Source: Promethearchaeota archaeon
GTDB taxonomy: Archaea > Asgardarchaeota > Lokiarchaeia > Sigyniarchaeales > SOKP01
Assembly: GCA_019058365.1 (NCBI GenBank)
Contig: JAHPZE010000005.1
Span: 32,001 to 96,000 of the forward strand
Reading direction: 5' to 3'
DNA: 64,000 nucleotides
Shown here: positions 48,990 through 59,563 of the stretch, piece after piece
Layout of the letters: the number at the start of each line of letters is the position of its first letter
How positions within the stretch are numbered: the first letter of the stretch is position 1
Notes under the pieces: model-generated
Databases searched by the model: none
What the model was told of the DNA's origin: nothing
What the model saw: the letters and a program-made list of their open reading frames with translations, nothing else
Position numbers and translations under genes: made by a program

Positions 48990-50300
48990 ATGATGGAAAC
49001 TAAGTACCCAACAGAACCATTAAAGTGTTGGAATAAGGCTAAAGCTCTTAGAGAAAGTTATTATAAAGATTTTGCTGAAGCTCATGATAAGGGTGGTCTC
49101 CGATGGGTAGGAGGAGCATGGTCTTTTGATGCTATTCCTGCCGGTTTAGGAGATGACGTATATTCATTAACTGGGGAACCTTATGGGGCAACTGTTGCGT
49201 TTAATGATAAATTTGCTTTGGAGTGTCAAGAAGCAACTGAAGCGAAGGGATTTGCGCGGGATTTATGCTCTTATATGCGTAATTATTGGGGTTCAATACT
49301 TATAAATAAATATGCATGGCCGCAATTTTCGGAAGAATTCCCTAAACCAGATTTTATTTGGCAAGATCATATTTGTTGTTCACATGCTAAATGGTATCAA
49401 GTTGCAAGTGATCTTGAAGGAGGAATTCCAATGTTCGACATTGATGTATCAGTAGGACCATATGAAGAATTAACAGACCATAAAATTAATTATATTGTTG
49501 GTCAGATGCATGATGGTATAAAATGGCTCGAAAAAATAACTGGAAGAGATTATGATGATGAATTATTAATAAAAGCAGTTAAGAACGAATTTCGTTCATG
49601 TCATTATTGGGCAGCAATTTGCGAGCTTAATAAAGCAATTCCAGCTCCACTAGACGAGAAATCAATGTATTCATTATATGTTCTCGGGACTTTAAAGAAG
49701 TCAGCTCAATGGACAGCCGATTTTTATGAAAAGGAGTTATATCCTGAGGTAAAAGATCGTGTTGCAAGAGGTATAGCTGCCGTAGGAAATGAAAAATGTC
49801 GAATTATGACAGATACTCAGCCCCCATGGGCATTTTTAAGAATTTTTCGCTATTTAGAACAATATGGGTGTGTTTCTATAGGAAGCCTTTACACATTTGG
49901 TCTTATTGGATTATGGGAAGTAAAAGAAGATGGAACATGGGGACCCAGGTCTATTCCTGACATTGAAATTACTAATAGAGATGAAGCTTTACGAGCACTT
50001 GCTGAATGGAATCTTTCTAAACCCGAATGGCAACACTTTTATCATCCAAAACTCAAATCAGATATGATGATTAGAATCGCTAAAGAATGGAAACTGGATG
50101 GTGTTTTTCTGCATTTTAATAGAGGTTGTGAGGGTTTAAGTCTTGGAATTGCAGAAAATCGTTTAGCTATCCAAAAAGCAGGAATTCCAACTATGCCATT
50201 TGAAGGTAACATGGGAGATGAGAGAGAATTCGATCTTGAGCGAACTATGAAGCGTGTAGATACTTTTATGGAATCAATTGGCGTTGAAAAAATAAAATAA
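48990..50300 (+). CDS. bzdO: Benzoyl-CoA reductase, Bzd-type, subunit O
   Basis: [57 protein letters not shown]. Confidence 0.92.
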   Translation: MMETKYPTEPLKCWNKAKALRESYYKDFAEAHDKGGLRWVGGAWSFDAIPAGLGDDVYSLTGEPYGATVAFNDKFALECQEATEAKGFARDLCSYMRNYWGSILINKYAWPQFSEEFPKPDFIWQDHICCSHAKWYQVASDLEGGIPMFDIDVSVGPYEELTDHKINYIVGQMHDGIKWLEKITGRDYDDELLIKAVKNEFRSCHYWAAICELNKAIPAPLDEKSMYSLYVLGTLKKSAQWTADFYEKELYPEVKDRVARGIAAVGNEKCRIMTDTQPPWAFLRIFRYLEQYGCVSIGSLYTFGLIGLWEVKEDGTWGPRSIPDIEITNRDEALRALAEWNLSKPEWQHFYHPKLKSDMMIRIAKEWKLDGVFLHFNRGCEGLSLGIAENRLAIQKAGIPTMPFEGNMGDEREFDLERTMKRVDTFMESIGVEKIK

Positions 50301-50349
50301 TATAAATTAAAGTTAAAAAATTTCAATAAAAAATAAAAAATGGTTTAAT

Positions 50350-51135
50350 ATGATAACAGCTGGGATTGATTGTGGTAGTAAAAATACTAAGGTTGTAATT
50401 TTGAAGGATATTAATATTCTATCAACAGCTTCGGTATTAAGCGGATTTGATCAAGAAGAATCAGCACAGCAAGCATTAAATAATTCACTTGAAAAGGCAG
50501 GAATTAAACGTGAAGAGATTAAACATATTACGGCAACTGGAGCTGGAATGGAAGCAATTTCTTTTGCAGACGACAATGTTACAACTGTAACTTGTGATGG
50601 TCGTGGAGCATTTTTTCTTTTTCCTTCAGCTCGAACTATTATAGATATCGGAGCAGAAGAAGGATTAGTAGTAAAACTCGATGAAAATGGTAGAGTTAAG
50701 GATTTTGGAATAAATGAAAAATGTGCGGCTGGAGCAGGTGCATTTATAGAAGCTATGTCTCGAGCATTAGAAGTTAATATCGAAACAATGGGAGAGCTTT
50801 CGTTAAAATCTACAAAACAAATCCCTATGAATGCCCAATGTACAATTTTTGCGGAATCTGAAGTGGTTTCATTAATTCACCAAAAAACTTCAAAAGAGGA
50901 TATAATTCGTGCAGTTCATGATGCAATTGCGGACAGAAACACAAGTATGATACGTCAAATAGGTATTGAGAAAGATGTTGCATTGATAGGTGGCGTTGCG
51001 AATAATATTGGTTTTGTAGAGGCTATGAATAAGAATTTAGGTTTTGATCTCTTAATACCAAAAGATAATATCGCCCCACAATATGTAAGTGCTTTGGGAG
51101 CAGCGCTTATAGCACAAGATAAAATTGGAGGTTAA
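50350..51135 (+). CDS. bzdP: Benzoyl-CoA reductase, Bzd-type, subunit P (ATPase)
   Basis: MITAGIDCG, DIGAEEG, NEKCAAGAG, MNAQCTIFAESE. Confidence 0.88.
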   Translation: MITAGIDCGSKNTKVVILKDINILSTASVLSGFDQEESAQQALNNSLEKAGIKREEIKHITATGAGMEAISFADDNVTTVTCDGRGAFFLFPSARTIIDIGAEEGLVVKLDENGRVKDFGINEKCAAGAGAFIEAMSRALEVNIETMGELSLKSTKQIPMNAQCTIFAESEVVSLIHQKTSKEDIIRAVHDAIADRNTSMIRQIGIEKDVALIGGVANNIGFVEAMNKNLGFDLLIPKDNIAPQYVSALGAALIAQDKIGG

Positions 51136-51139
51136 AATA

Positions 51140-52027
51140 ATGTCAAATTCAGAATCAGAAAAAGAATATTGGAGATGGACTGAATCCCGTTATACAAACC
51201 CAGATCTAAAATGGGAATCCGCAGATGTTATATCAGCAGGTGTAGACGTCGGTTCGGTAAGTACTCAAGCCGTAATAATGTTAGATGGAGAAATATATTG
51301 TTATTCAAGCATGCGAACTGGATCAAATAGCCCAGATAGTGCTAATAATGCTATGGATTGGGCACTTGAGGGTACTGGTTTAACTTTAGATAAAATTCAA
51401 TATGTAGTTGGAACAGGATATGGCCGTGTTAATGTTCCATTCGCAAAACGAGCGATCACAGAAATTGCATGTCATGCACGAGGGGCTAACTTTATTTATG
51501 GACCTGAGATAAGAACGGTATTAGACATGGGTGGTCAAGATTGTAAAGCAATACGTTGTGATCAGCGTGGAAAAGTAACTGCTTTCCTCATGAATGATAA
51601 ATGTGCAGCAGGAACAGGTAGAGGTATGGAAGTTTTTGCTGATTTACTTCAAGTGCATATTAATGATGTAGGGAAAATGTCTTTAAATGTAGATAAAGAA
51701 CCTGAACCAGTTAGTAGTACTTGTGTAGTTTTTGCAAAATCAGAAGCAGTGGGGTTACTTCGAAAAGGATGGCCAAAAGAAAAAGTTTTAGCAGCATATT
51801 GTTCAGCTATGGCACATCGAGTGGTAACTCTTTTATTACGGCTCGGAATTGAAGAAAAGTTTGCAATAACTGGTGGAATTGCTAAAAATATTGGAGTGGT
51901 TAAAAGAATCGAAGATGAATTGAAATTGAAAGCACCAGAACCTAGTATCGATCCACAAATTGCAGGAGCTATCGGTGCTGCTTTGTTTGCGAAAGCTCTT
52001 GTTGAAAAGGAACGAAAAAAAGCTTAA
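51140..52027 (+). CDS. bzdQ: Benzoyl-CoA reductase, Bzd-type, subunit Q (ATPase)
   Basis: EYWRWTE...AGVDVGSVSTQ, GTGYGR, DMGGQDCK, MNDKCAAGTG; GGAGG before the ATG at 51140. Confidence 0.92.
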   Translation: MSNSESEKEYWRWTESRYTNPDLKWESADVISAGVDVGSVSTQAVIMLDGEIYCYSSMRTGSNSPDSANNAMDWALEGTGLTLDKIQYVVGTGYGRVNVPFAKRAITEIACHARGANFIYGPEIRTVLDMGGQDCKAIRCDQRGKVTAFLMNDKCAAGTGRGMEVFADLLQVHINDVGKMSLNVDKEPEPVSSTCVVFAKSEAVGLLRKGWPKEKVLAAYCSAMAHRVVTLLLRLGIEEKFAITGGIAKNIGVVKRIEDELKLKAPEPSIDPQIAGAIGAALFAKALVEKERKKA

Positions 52028-52065
52028 ATTTATTTTAAATTAAATAAAAAAATAAAGGGAAGTTA

Positions 52066-52353
52066 ATGACAAAAGCTAATTATGGCTACAAGGACGGTTC
52101 AGGAGAATATTTTATTACTATTGATACCGAATTATGCACTTCATGTGGAAAATGCGTAGAAGTTTGCCCAGCTGGTGTTCTCGAAATGGCGGAAGATGAG
52201 TTAGATCCCTTAGGGGATGAAATTATTGCAACTGTGTCTGAAGTACACCGTAAAAAAATCAAATATTCATGTGCTCCTTGTAAAGGTGGTGAAACACAAG
52301 AATTACCTTGTGTTAAAGCCTGTGAACCAGGAGCTATAACTCATTCTTGGTAA
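52066..52353 (+). CDS. bzdM: Ferredoxin of the Bzd cluster
   Basis: ANYGYKDGSGEYFITIDT..CTSCGKCVEVCP...KYSCAPCK...PCVKAC..AITHSW. Confidence 0.88.
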   Translation: MTKANYGYKDGSGEYFITIDTELCTSCGKCVEVCPAGVLEMAEDELDPLGDEIIATVSEVHRKKIKYSCAPCKGGETQELPCVKACEPGAITHSW

Positions 52354-52429
52354 TATTAGACAAGATTAAAATTCTCTTACATCCTTATTTCTTTATTCTA
52401 GGTTTTTATACAAATTTTTTAGTTGATAA

Positions 52430-55225
52430 TTGATATTAATGAAGGACAAAATAAAGAAATTTAAACTACGAATTAAATTTGATCGTATATTAGATACTTT
52501 TTTGAACAACAAATTATGGAGAAAATGGTGGAATTATTGTCAGAATAGAAGTAATATTAATTACTATCTATTATTAGCGCTAGGAAGACTATTTGAAAGA
52601 ATTGATAAATATAATTTTAAAGAATTTGATCTTTATTGTATTGGACATAGCCATTTGGATGCATGTTGGTTATGGACTAAGCTTTCAACAATTAGAAGAG
52701 CAATAGTCACATTTCAGCGAAACATTGAACATTTCGAGAAGTTTCCCTTTTATACATTTTCTCAAACCACTCCTCAATACTATGATTGGGTTAGACGCTT
52801 AAGACCTAGCCTTTTTCAAAAAATTCAAGATTATGAAAAATTAGGTCGTTGGGAAATAATAGGTGGTATGTGGGTTGAACCTGATCTTAATTTACCAAAT
52901 GGAGAATCTCTTGTTCGACAAAGATTATTTGGTCAAATTTTTTATCTTGAACATTTCGGGAAAATAGCCAGAATAGAGAGCTTAGAGGATTCTTTTGGAT
53001 TTAATGCCCAGCTTCCCCAGATTCTGATAAAGAGTGGAGCTGATGTGTTTTGGACTACAAAAATAACTTGGAATGACCTCACAGAATTTCCATTTGCAAA
53101 TTTTTTTTGGCAAGGTATTGATGGGTCTGAGATCTTTACCCATATGTATAAATGTAATTGGAGTGTGTTTACTGCTTTATCTTTATATAAAAGAAGTGGA
53201 CGAAAAATAACAAAACCTAATCTAGTTTTTGATTCATTATCCGAACAAGAATATATTGAATCTTGTTTATCAGATGATTGGATAAAGACATGTGGGATAT
53301 TTTTTGGCTTTGGAGATGGGGGAATGGGGCCAATTAGAGAAGAAATTGAGTTACTTGGGAAATTAGCAAGAGGTAAACAATTATCTTTTCGTAATTGTGA
53401 GCAATATTTTATGATGTTAAGAAAAGAATGTGATGAAATTTTACCAATCTGGAATGATGAGCTTTATTTAGAAGTTCATAGAGGAGTTTATACAACACAA
53501 GCAAATACCAAAAAGCTCAATCGTTTCTGTGAAATTAGTCTTAGGAATTGGGAAATCTTATTATCTTTAGCAAGTGTAATGTTCAAAAATTTTAGTTATC
53601 CCTTTAAGGAAGTTGAAAAATCGTGGAAAGTATTATTGTTCAACCAATTTCATGACATACTTCCCGGTTCAAGTATACAAGATGTATACTATGAACAAGA
53701 AAAAGAAATGGAAGCTCTCCTACAAAAAATAAATAATTCCATTTCAATGACATTACAGTCTTTTTTAATAACGTTTCTGAAAAATAATAAGCTAACATAT
53801 CAAAGACAAATGAAAGATTATGCTTTAATATTTAATTCATTACCTTGGGAACGAGATGGTATCCTGAAAATAAGTAGTGAACCTGAAAATCAGAGAGAGA
53901 AAGTTTTACAAATTAAAAACCTTCCACCGTTATCTTTTCGAGTTATAGATTTTGAAAAATTGAATTCTGAAGAAAGAATAGATACGATGGGAAAGAGTAA
54001 ATTAAATATTGATTATCATAAGAAGGAAATCTCTATTGCCAATTCAAAACTCCATATTGCAATTAACAATCTTACTGGAAAAATTACTTCAATAGTATAT
54101 AAAAAAAGAAATAAAGAGATCATCAGAAATCCTGATGGAATAGGTTTACATATTTATAAGGAAAAGCGACATAAAAACCCTGCTTGGAATATTTATAGAG
54201 GATATACCTCAAATAAAATAAAAAGATTAATCTTGAATAATTTTCAGATTATTGTTGATACTAAAAAGAAAATAACCATCAAATTTACATATTTTTTTAA
54301 TAAAACGATACTTCATCATTATATTTCGGTAAGAGCTGATTCAGATCTTATAGAATTTAGGACTGATATTGATACTCATGATAAATCTCTTTTCTTTAAA
54401 GTGAGATTTCCATTCAATTTAGAAACTGATTTTCTAACAGCTGAAATTCCTTATGGAAATGTAAGAAGAAGAATTATAGCCGAAAAATATTATGAGAAAG
54501 GAAAATGGGAATTCCCAGCTCAAAAATATGTTGATATTTCAGAATCAAATATGGGAGTCACAATTTTAAACAATTCGAAATATGGTTTTAGTTCTAATAA
54601 AAATGGCGTTTATCTCTCATTATTGCGAACACCGCTACGAGCTAAATCAATTTTCTATTCTTATCTAGACTTAGTTCCGAAAAAAGAAAGAACAAAATGT
54701 GCGGATATTGGAATGCATTCAATTCATTATGCTTTATGGATTCACGAAGGAGATTTTATCAAGTCATCTGCATGGAGGAAAGGTTATGAGTATAATTATC
54801 CGCTACTTTTTGAAAGGTTCAATGAAATAGCTAGTAGTGATTTTGATAAACTTAACATCAGAGATGATTTTAAAAACAGCTTGAAGGAAGATTTGTCGTT
54901 AATTTCTATATCAAATCCCAATATTATATTACAAGCTATTAAGAATCCAGAAAAGAAGATATTAGAACTTGAAAAATCAAGTATCCAACAAAATATGGAT
55001 AATATAGTGTTAATTATAAGATTATTTGAGACTTCTGGAAATTCTCAACAAGATGTTGAGATTATATTTAATGACTTTTTTAGGATTTTAAATGCTGTAG
55101 AAACAGATCTTTTAGAAAGAGAGTTAAATAATAGTGAAATTAGCTTAAAATCCAATAAAATTCGTTTAGATTTTAAGAAGTTTGAAATAAAAACTTTAAA
55201 ATTAAAAATCTCAATTAAAAAGTAA
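52430..55225 (+). CDS. GH38 alpha-mannosidase
   Basis: GHSHLDACWLW, GGMWVEPD, DSFG, GFGDGG, ELYLEVHRG, NQFHDILPGSSI. Confidence 0.92.
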   Translation: MILMKDKIKKFKLRIKFDRILDTFLNNKLWRKWWNYCQNRSNINYYLLLALGRLFERIDKYNFKEFDLYCIGHSHLDACWLWTKLSTIRRAIVTFQRNIEHFEKFPFYTFSQTTPQYYDWVRRLRPSLFQKIQDYEKLGRWEIIGGMWVEPDLNLPNGESLVRQRLFGQIFYLEHFGKIARIESLEDSFGFNAQLPQILIKSGADVFWTTKITWNDLTEFPFANFFWQGIDGSEIFTHMYKCNWSVFTALSLYKRSGRKITKPNLVFDSLSEQEYIESCLSDDWIKTCGIFFGFGDGGMGPIREEIELLGKLARGKQLSFRNCEQYFMMLRKECDEILPIWNDELYLEVHRGVYTTQANTKKLNRFCEISLRNWEILLSLASVMFKNFSYPFKEVEKSWKVLLFNQFHDILPGSSIQDVYYEQEKEMEALLQKINNSISMTLQSFLITFLKNNKLTYQRQMKDYALIFNSLPWERDGILKISSEPENQREKVLQIKNLPPLSFRVIDFEKLNSEERIDTMGKSKLNIDYHKKEISIANSKLHIAINNLTGKITSIVYKKRNKEIIRNPDGIGLHIYKEKRHKNPAWNIYRGYTSNKIKRLILNNFQIIVDTKKKITIKFTYFFNKTILHHYISVRADSDLIEFRTDIDTHDKSLFFKVRFPFNLETDFLTAEIPYGNVRRRIIAEKYYEKGKWEFPAQKYVDISESNMGVTILNNSKYGFSSNKNGVYLSLLRTPLRAKSIFYSYLDLVPKKERTKCADIGMHSIHYALWIHEGDFIKSSAWRKGYEYNYPLLFERFNEIASSDFDKLNIRDDFKNSLKEDLSLISISNPNIILQAIKNPEKKILELEKSSIQQNMDNIVLIIRLFETSGNSQQDVEIIFNDFFRILNAVETDLLERELNNSEISLKSNKIRLDFKKFEIKTLKLKISIKK

Positions 55226-55254
55226 TTAATTTTATGTTTAATTATCTTTAGAGA

Positions 55255-57786
55255 GTGTTTAACATGGAAACATTATCAATTACAATAAATGGTACCAAAC
55301 TTGATGTCAAAAAAGAGAGTAGTGTTTTAGAAGCTGCACTTAATGCTGAAATTTATATTCCTAGTCTCTGTGCTCATCCGGATTTACCACCTTTGGTTGG
55401 ATTAAAGCCAAATAAAGAAGTTTTTCAAGGGAGAAATAAATTCAATAACTCTGATTCCAATGAGCATCAGGGATGTCAACTTTGTGTAGTAAAAGTAGAA
55501 GGAATAGATGGTTTAACGACGTCTTGTAGTACTATTGTAAAGGAAGGAATGATAATAACAACAGATTCACCAGAGATTCAAAAGTTTCGTCGTGAAAAGT
55601 TAATGAATATCCTTTCAAAACATCCTCATGCATGTTTGATGTGTGCTCAACGTGAAGGTTGTCCTCGGGAACCATGCTCACCTAATGTTCCCGTTGAAGA
55701 GCGTTGTTGTCCAATCTTGGGAAGATGTGAACTTCAAAAAGTTGCAGAATATATTGGAATTCCAGAAGATACTCAACGTTATAAACCTCAAGGACGTGCG
55801 ATAATTGAGGATGAACCACTTTTTATTCGAAATTATGAATTGTGTATTGGTTGTACTAGGTGTGTTAGGGTATGCCGAGATGTGCGTGGAATTGAGGCAT
55901 TGGGATTTGTATATTCTAACGGAGAAACCGTGGTTGGAAGTCTTGCACCTTCTTTAAAAGAGTCAGGATGTAAATTCTGTGGAGCTTGTATTGAGGTTTG
56001 TCCAACGGGAGCACTTACAGATAAAGATATCCTATGGGCCGAGCGTGAAAAATTACTTGTTCCTTGTAGAGAAGCTTGTCCATTAAAGATCGATGTACCA
56101 CGTTATATTCGATTAATTTCAGAACAGAAATATGCTGAAGCCGCAGCAGTTGTTCGAGAAAAAACACCATTTCCATCAGTTCTAGGAAGAGTTTGTTTTC
56201 ATGATTGTGAAATTGAATGTCGTCGTAACCAAATTAATGACCCTATTGCCATTTGTGCTTTAAAGCGTTTTGCTATGGATCATGATAGTGAAATATGGAA
56301 AAATAAAATAAATTTCAAACCTTCAACTGGCAAGAAAGTTGCTGTTGTAGGTTCAGGTCCATCCGGATTAACAGCATCGTATTATTTAAGAAGATTGGGT
56401 CATTCTGTTAGTGTATTTGAAGCTAATTCTTATTTAGGGGGTATGTTAAGATTAGGAATACCAGAATACAGATTGCCACTAGCAGTCCTTCAGAAAGATC
56501 TCGATTATATTTTAGGTATAGGAATTGATGTTCAAACTGATAAAGTTGTAGGAGAGCATTTATCACTTGAAGATTTGCAAAATCAGGGTTTTAATGCAAT
56601 ATTTTTAGCTATAGGAGCACAAAATACCAAAAAGCTTAAAATTGAAGGCTTAAATTTACCAAATATTCTTTGGGGTCTTGATTTTCTTAAAAAAGTTAAT
56701 CTAGGTGAAGAAGTAAAAGTTCCAAATAGTGTTATTGTTATTGGTGGAGGTAATGTAGCTATAGATGTAGCTTTAACAGCCAAACGATTAGGTGCTAAAG
56801 ATGTACATTTAACTTGTCTGGAATGCAGAGAAGAAATGCCTGCTCATGAATGGGAAATTCAGAAAGCAATGGATGAAGGGATAACACTTGATTGTTCTTG
56901 GGGTCCAAAACAAATTATTGATAAGGATGGTGAGATATCTGAAGTTGAGTTAATCCATTGCGATTCCGTATTCGATGATGAACATCTATTTAATCCTGCG
57001 TTTGATGATAATAATACAAAATCAATTAAAACTAAAATGGTTATATTGGCAATTGGGCAAATTCCAGATTTGTCTCTTTTAGGAAGTGAAAGCAAAATTA
57101 AAATATCAGCTTCAGGTCTAATAGAGGTAAAAGATGGAACGTTACAAACAAATATTGCCGGAATTTTTGCAGGTGGTGAAGTTATAAATAGTCCCAGTTC
57201 TGTAGTTGATGCGATTGAAATGGGTCGAAGAGCAACTAGTTCAATTGATAAATATTTAGGAGGAAATGGGGATATTGAAGATGAGTTTGTTGAAAAAGAT
57301 ATTCCTAATCCAAATCTAGGACGTGATGATAAGTTTTACGATAAAGCACGTGTTCAAATGCCACTCCTATCTTTAAATGAACGACAAAACAGTTTTAATG
57401 AAATTGAATTAGGGTTTAATGAAGAATTAGCAATTGAAGAAGCCAACCGATGTTTAAGATGTGATCTACGCTTTAAAATCTCCCCTGTACTGTTTCCACC
57501 TCAGAGATGGTTAGAATTAAATTCAGATAATATACAGACTGTACCTGAAGCGGAAGGTGTTATTCAAATTTTAAATGAAAATCAAGAGATTATATTAATT
57601 CAAGGAACTCCTAATTTACGCAAAGCAATGGAAGAACAATTAGCGTCAAAGTCAAATGCTTGTTTTTTTGATTACGACGAGGATCCTATGTTCACAAAAA
57701 GAGAAAGTGAAATGCTTCAACAATTCATGCAACAATTCGGAAGGTTCCCAGAGGAAAATGAAGATTTAGATGATGATCTCTTTTAA
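55255..57786 (+). CDS. BzdV-like NAD(P)H:ferredoxin oxidoreductase (2Fe-2S, 4Fe-4S and GltD-like flavoprotein modules, plus a small C-terminal domain)
   Basis: IPSLCAHP...CQLCVV, CIGCTRCVRVC, CKFCGACIEVCP, PCREACP, GSGPSG, GGGNVA, EANRCLRC. Confidence 0.85.
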   Translation: MFNMETLSITINGTKLDVKKESSVLEAALNAEIYIPSLCAHPDLPPLVGLKPNKEVFQGRNKFNNSDSNEHQGCQLCVVKVEGIDGLTTSCSTIVKEGMIITTDSPEIQKFRREKLMNILSKHPHACLMCAQREGCPREPCSPNVPVEERCCPILGRCELQKVAEYIGIPEDTQRYKPQGRAIIEDEPLFIRNYELCIGCTRCVRVCRDVRGIEALGFVYSNGETVVGSLAPSLKESGCKFCGACIEVCPTGALTDKDILWAEREKLLVPCREACPLKIDVPRYIRLISEQKYAEAAAVVREKTPFPSVLGRVCFHDCEIECRRNQINDPIAICALKRFAMDHDSEIWKNKINFKPSTGKKVAVVGSGPSGLTASYYLRRLGHSVSVFEANSYLGGMLRLGIPEYRLPLAVLQKDLDYILGIGIDVQTDKVVGEHLSLEDLQNQGFNAIFLAIGAQNTKKLKIEGLNLPNILWGLDFLKKVNLGEEVKVPNSVIVIGGGNVAIDVALTAKRLGAKDVHLTCLECREEMPAHEWEIQKAMDEGITLDCSWGPKQIIDKDGEISEVELIHCDSVFDDEHLFNPAFDDNNTKSIKTKMVILAIGQIPDLSLLGSESKIKISASGLIEVKDGTLQTNIAGIFAGGEVINSPSSVVDAIEMGRRATSSIDKYLGGNGDIEDEFVEKDIPNPNLGRDDKFYDKARVQMPLLSLNERQNSFNEIELGFNEELAIEEANRCLRCDLRFKISPVLFPPQRWLELNSDNIQTVPEAEGVIQILNENQEIILIQGTPNLRKAMEEQLASKSNACFFDYDEDPMFTKRESEMLQQFMQQFGRFPEENEDLDDDLF

Positions 57787-57813
57787 ATTTTGATAAAGAA
57801 GAGATGAAATGTT

Positions 57814-59487
57814 ATGGATTTACCTGAATATATAAAAAGTAGATATTGGAAAGACTATTTGCCTGAAGGAGTTCCTTTAGAATTAGAAATACCTGAAAAT
57901 ATTTCTCTATGTGATTTATTCGAAAAATATACTGAAGAATATAAGAATAAAACTTTCATAGTATATGATAATAAAGAATACACATACAAGCATATACAAG
58001 AACTAACGTTAAGATTTAGCAATGCATTATTAAAATTAGGGTTAAAGAAAGGAGATGTAGCAGCATTATGGTTAACAAATTGTCCACAGTTCATTATAAG
58101 CTATTTTGCTGTATTGAATATTGGTGGAACAGTGACTGCTATTAGTCCATTATATATAGTAAGAGAATTAGCTCACCAAATTAGAGATTCAGGTGCGAAA
58201 TATCTCATTATGATTGATAGTCTCTTTAGTGAATTTAAAAAAGCAGAAGATCAATTAAAATTGGAAAAAGTAATTCTAGTTAACCTTAAGGATGGAATTC
58301 CAATTAAAACCAAATCCGATAAATTTATTTATTTTAATAATTTAATGGAACAAAACCCTGAATCATTTCCTACACCAGAACTTAAAATTAAACCAAAAAA
58401 AGATATTGCTGTTATTCAATATACTGGTGGAACAACAGATTCTCCAAAAGGAGCATGCTTATCACATTTTAATTTAGTTGCTAATAGTCTACAATTCAGA
58501 CAAGTTAATGAATATCTTAAAGATAAATTTCTTAAGGAAGATTTAGTATCTATCTTTGTACTCCCATGGTATCACATCTTCGGTCAAATAGTGGAAATGG
58601 TATCTGCTCTTTTTATTGGTTCGAAAGCATTTGTATTAAAAGGTTTTAATCTAGAAAAAATCTTTGAAATATTAAGGAAATATAAGCCAAATTCATTGTT
58701 CGGTGTACCTACTATGTATATTAATCTCCTAAATTCATCTTTTAATGAAAATGTTGATATGTCATGCTTAAAATCTACTCATGTTGGAGCAACTCCAATG
58801 CCAATTGAAGCAGCAAAAGAATGGGAGAAGAGAAGCGGATTTGCGTTAGGAGAGGGTTATGGACTCACTGAGGCTAGCCCTGGTGTGGCTATTTCTCCAC
58901 CTTGGTCAAGAAAAAAACCTGGAAGCTGTGGTCATCCATTACCTAACACTTTAGTAGGGATAATTAATGAAAGATTGGAATTTCTACCTTTTGAAAATGC
59001 TGGCGAATTAGTTGTTTCAGGACCTCAAGTAATGATGGGTTATCATAATAGCCCTGAAGAGAATAAAAAAGTATTTTTTAAGACAGCTGGTTATAGATGG
59101 TTAAGGACGGGAGATCTTGCTAAAATTGATGAAGAAGGATATATCTATATTTTGGATCGAATCAAGGATATGATAAAATATAAAGGACACAGTGTTTATC
59201 CTAGAGAGGTTGAAGAGGTTTTATATGAACATCCCGCTGTTTTAGAGTGTTGTGTAATTGGGGTACAGGATCCTATCAAAGGAGAGGATATAAAAGCCTG
59301 TATTATTCTCCAGGATGAATTTAAAGATAGGATTAGCGAGCAGGAAATTATTAATTGGAGTAAAGATAAAATAGCAGCTTATATGTATCCTAGAATTATA
59401 GAATTTGTAAATAACTTGCCAAAAAGTCCTGCTGGAAAGGTTTTAAGAAGAAAACTAAGAGAAAATGAAGAAAGAAAGAAGAAATAA
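57814..59487 (+). CDS. Long-chain fatty acid-CoA ligase family protein
   Basis: YTGGTTDSPKG, GYGLTE, WLRTGD, DRIKDMI, PKSPAGK. Confidence 0.9.
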   Translation: MDLPEYIKSRYWKDYLPEGVPLELEIPENISLCDLFEKYTEEYKNKTFIVYDNKEYTYKHIQELTLRFSNALLKLGLKKGDVAALWLTNCPQFIISYFAVLNIGGTVTAISPLYIVRELAHQIRDSGAKYLIMIDSLFSEFKKAEDQLKLEKVILVNLKDGIPIKTKSDKFIYFNNLMEQNPESFPTPELKIKPKKDIAVIQYTGGTTDSPKGACLSHFNLVANSLQFRQVNEYLKDKFLKEDLVSIFVLPWYHIFGQIVEMVSALFIGSKAFVLKGFNLEKIFEILRKYKPNSLFGVPTMYINLLNSSFNENVDMSCLKSTHVGATPMPIEAAKEWEKRSGFALGEGYGLTEASPGVAISPPWSRKKPGSCGHPLPNTLVGIINERLEFLPFENAGELVVSGPQVMMGYHNSPEENKKVFFKTAGYRWLRTGDLAKIDEEGYIYILDRIKDMIKYKGHSVYPREVEEVLYEHPAVLECCVIGVQDPIKGEDIKACIILQDEFKDRISEQEIINWSKDKIAAYMYPRIIEFVNNLPKSPAGKVLRRKLRENEERKKK

Positions 59488-59563
59488 TATGAATGAAGAA
59501 TTTAGATTTCTTTTTTAACCTAAGTTCCTAAATTTCTATTTTTTTCGGTTTATTAAACGATTA

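Noticed and set aside
58420-58452. CoA ligase P-loop variant TTDSPKG as evidence of inactivation
   Set aside because: A single substitution with all other motifs intact is insufficient evidence
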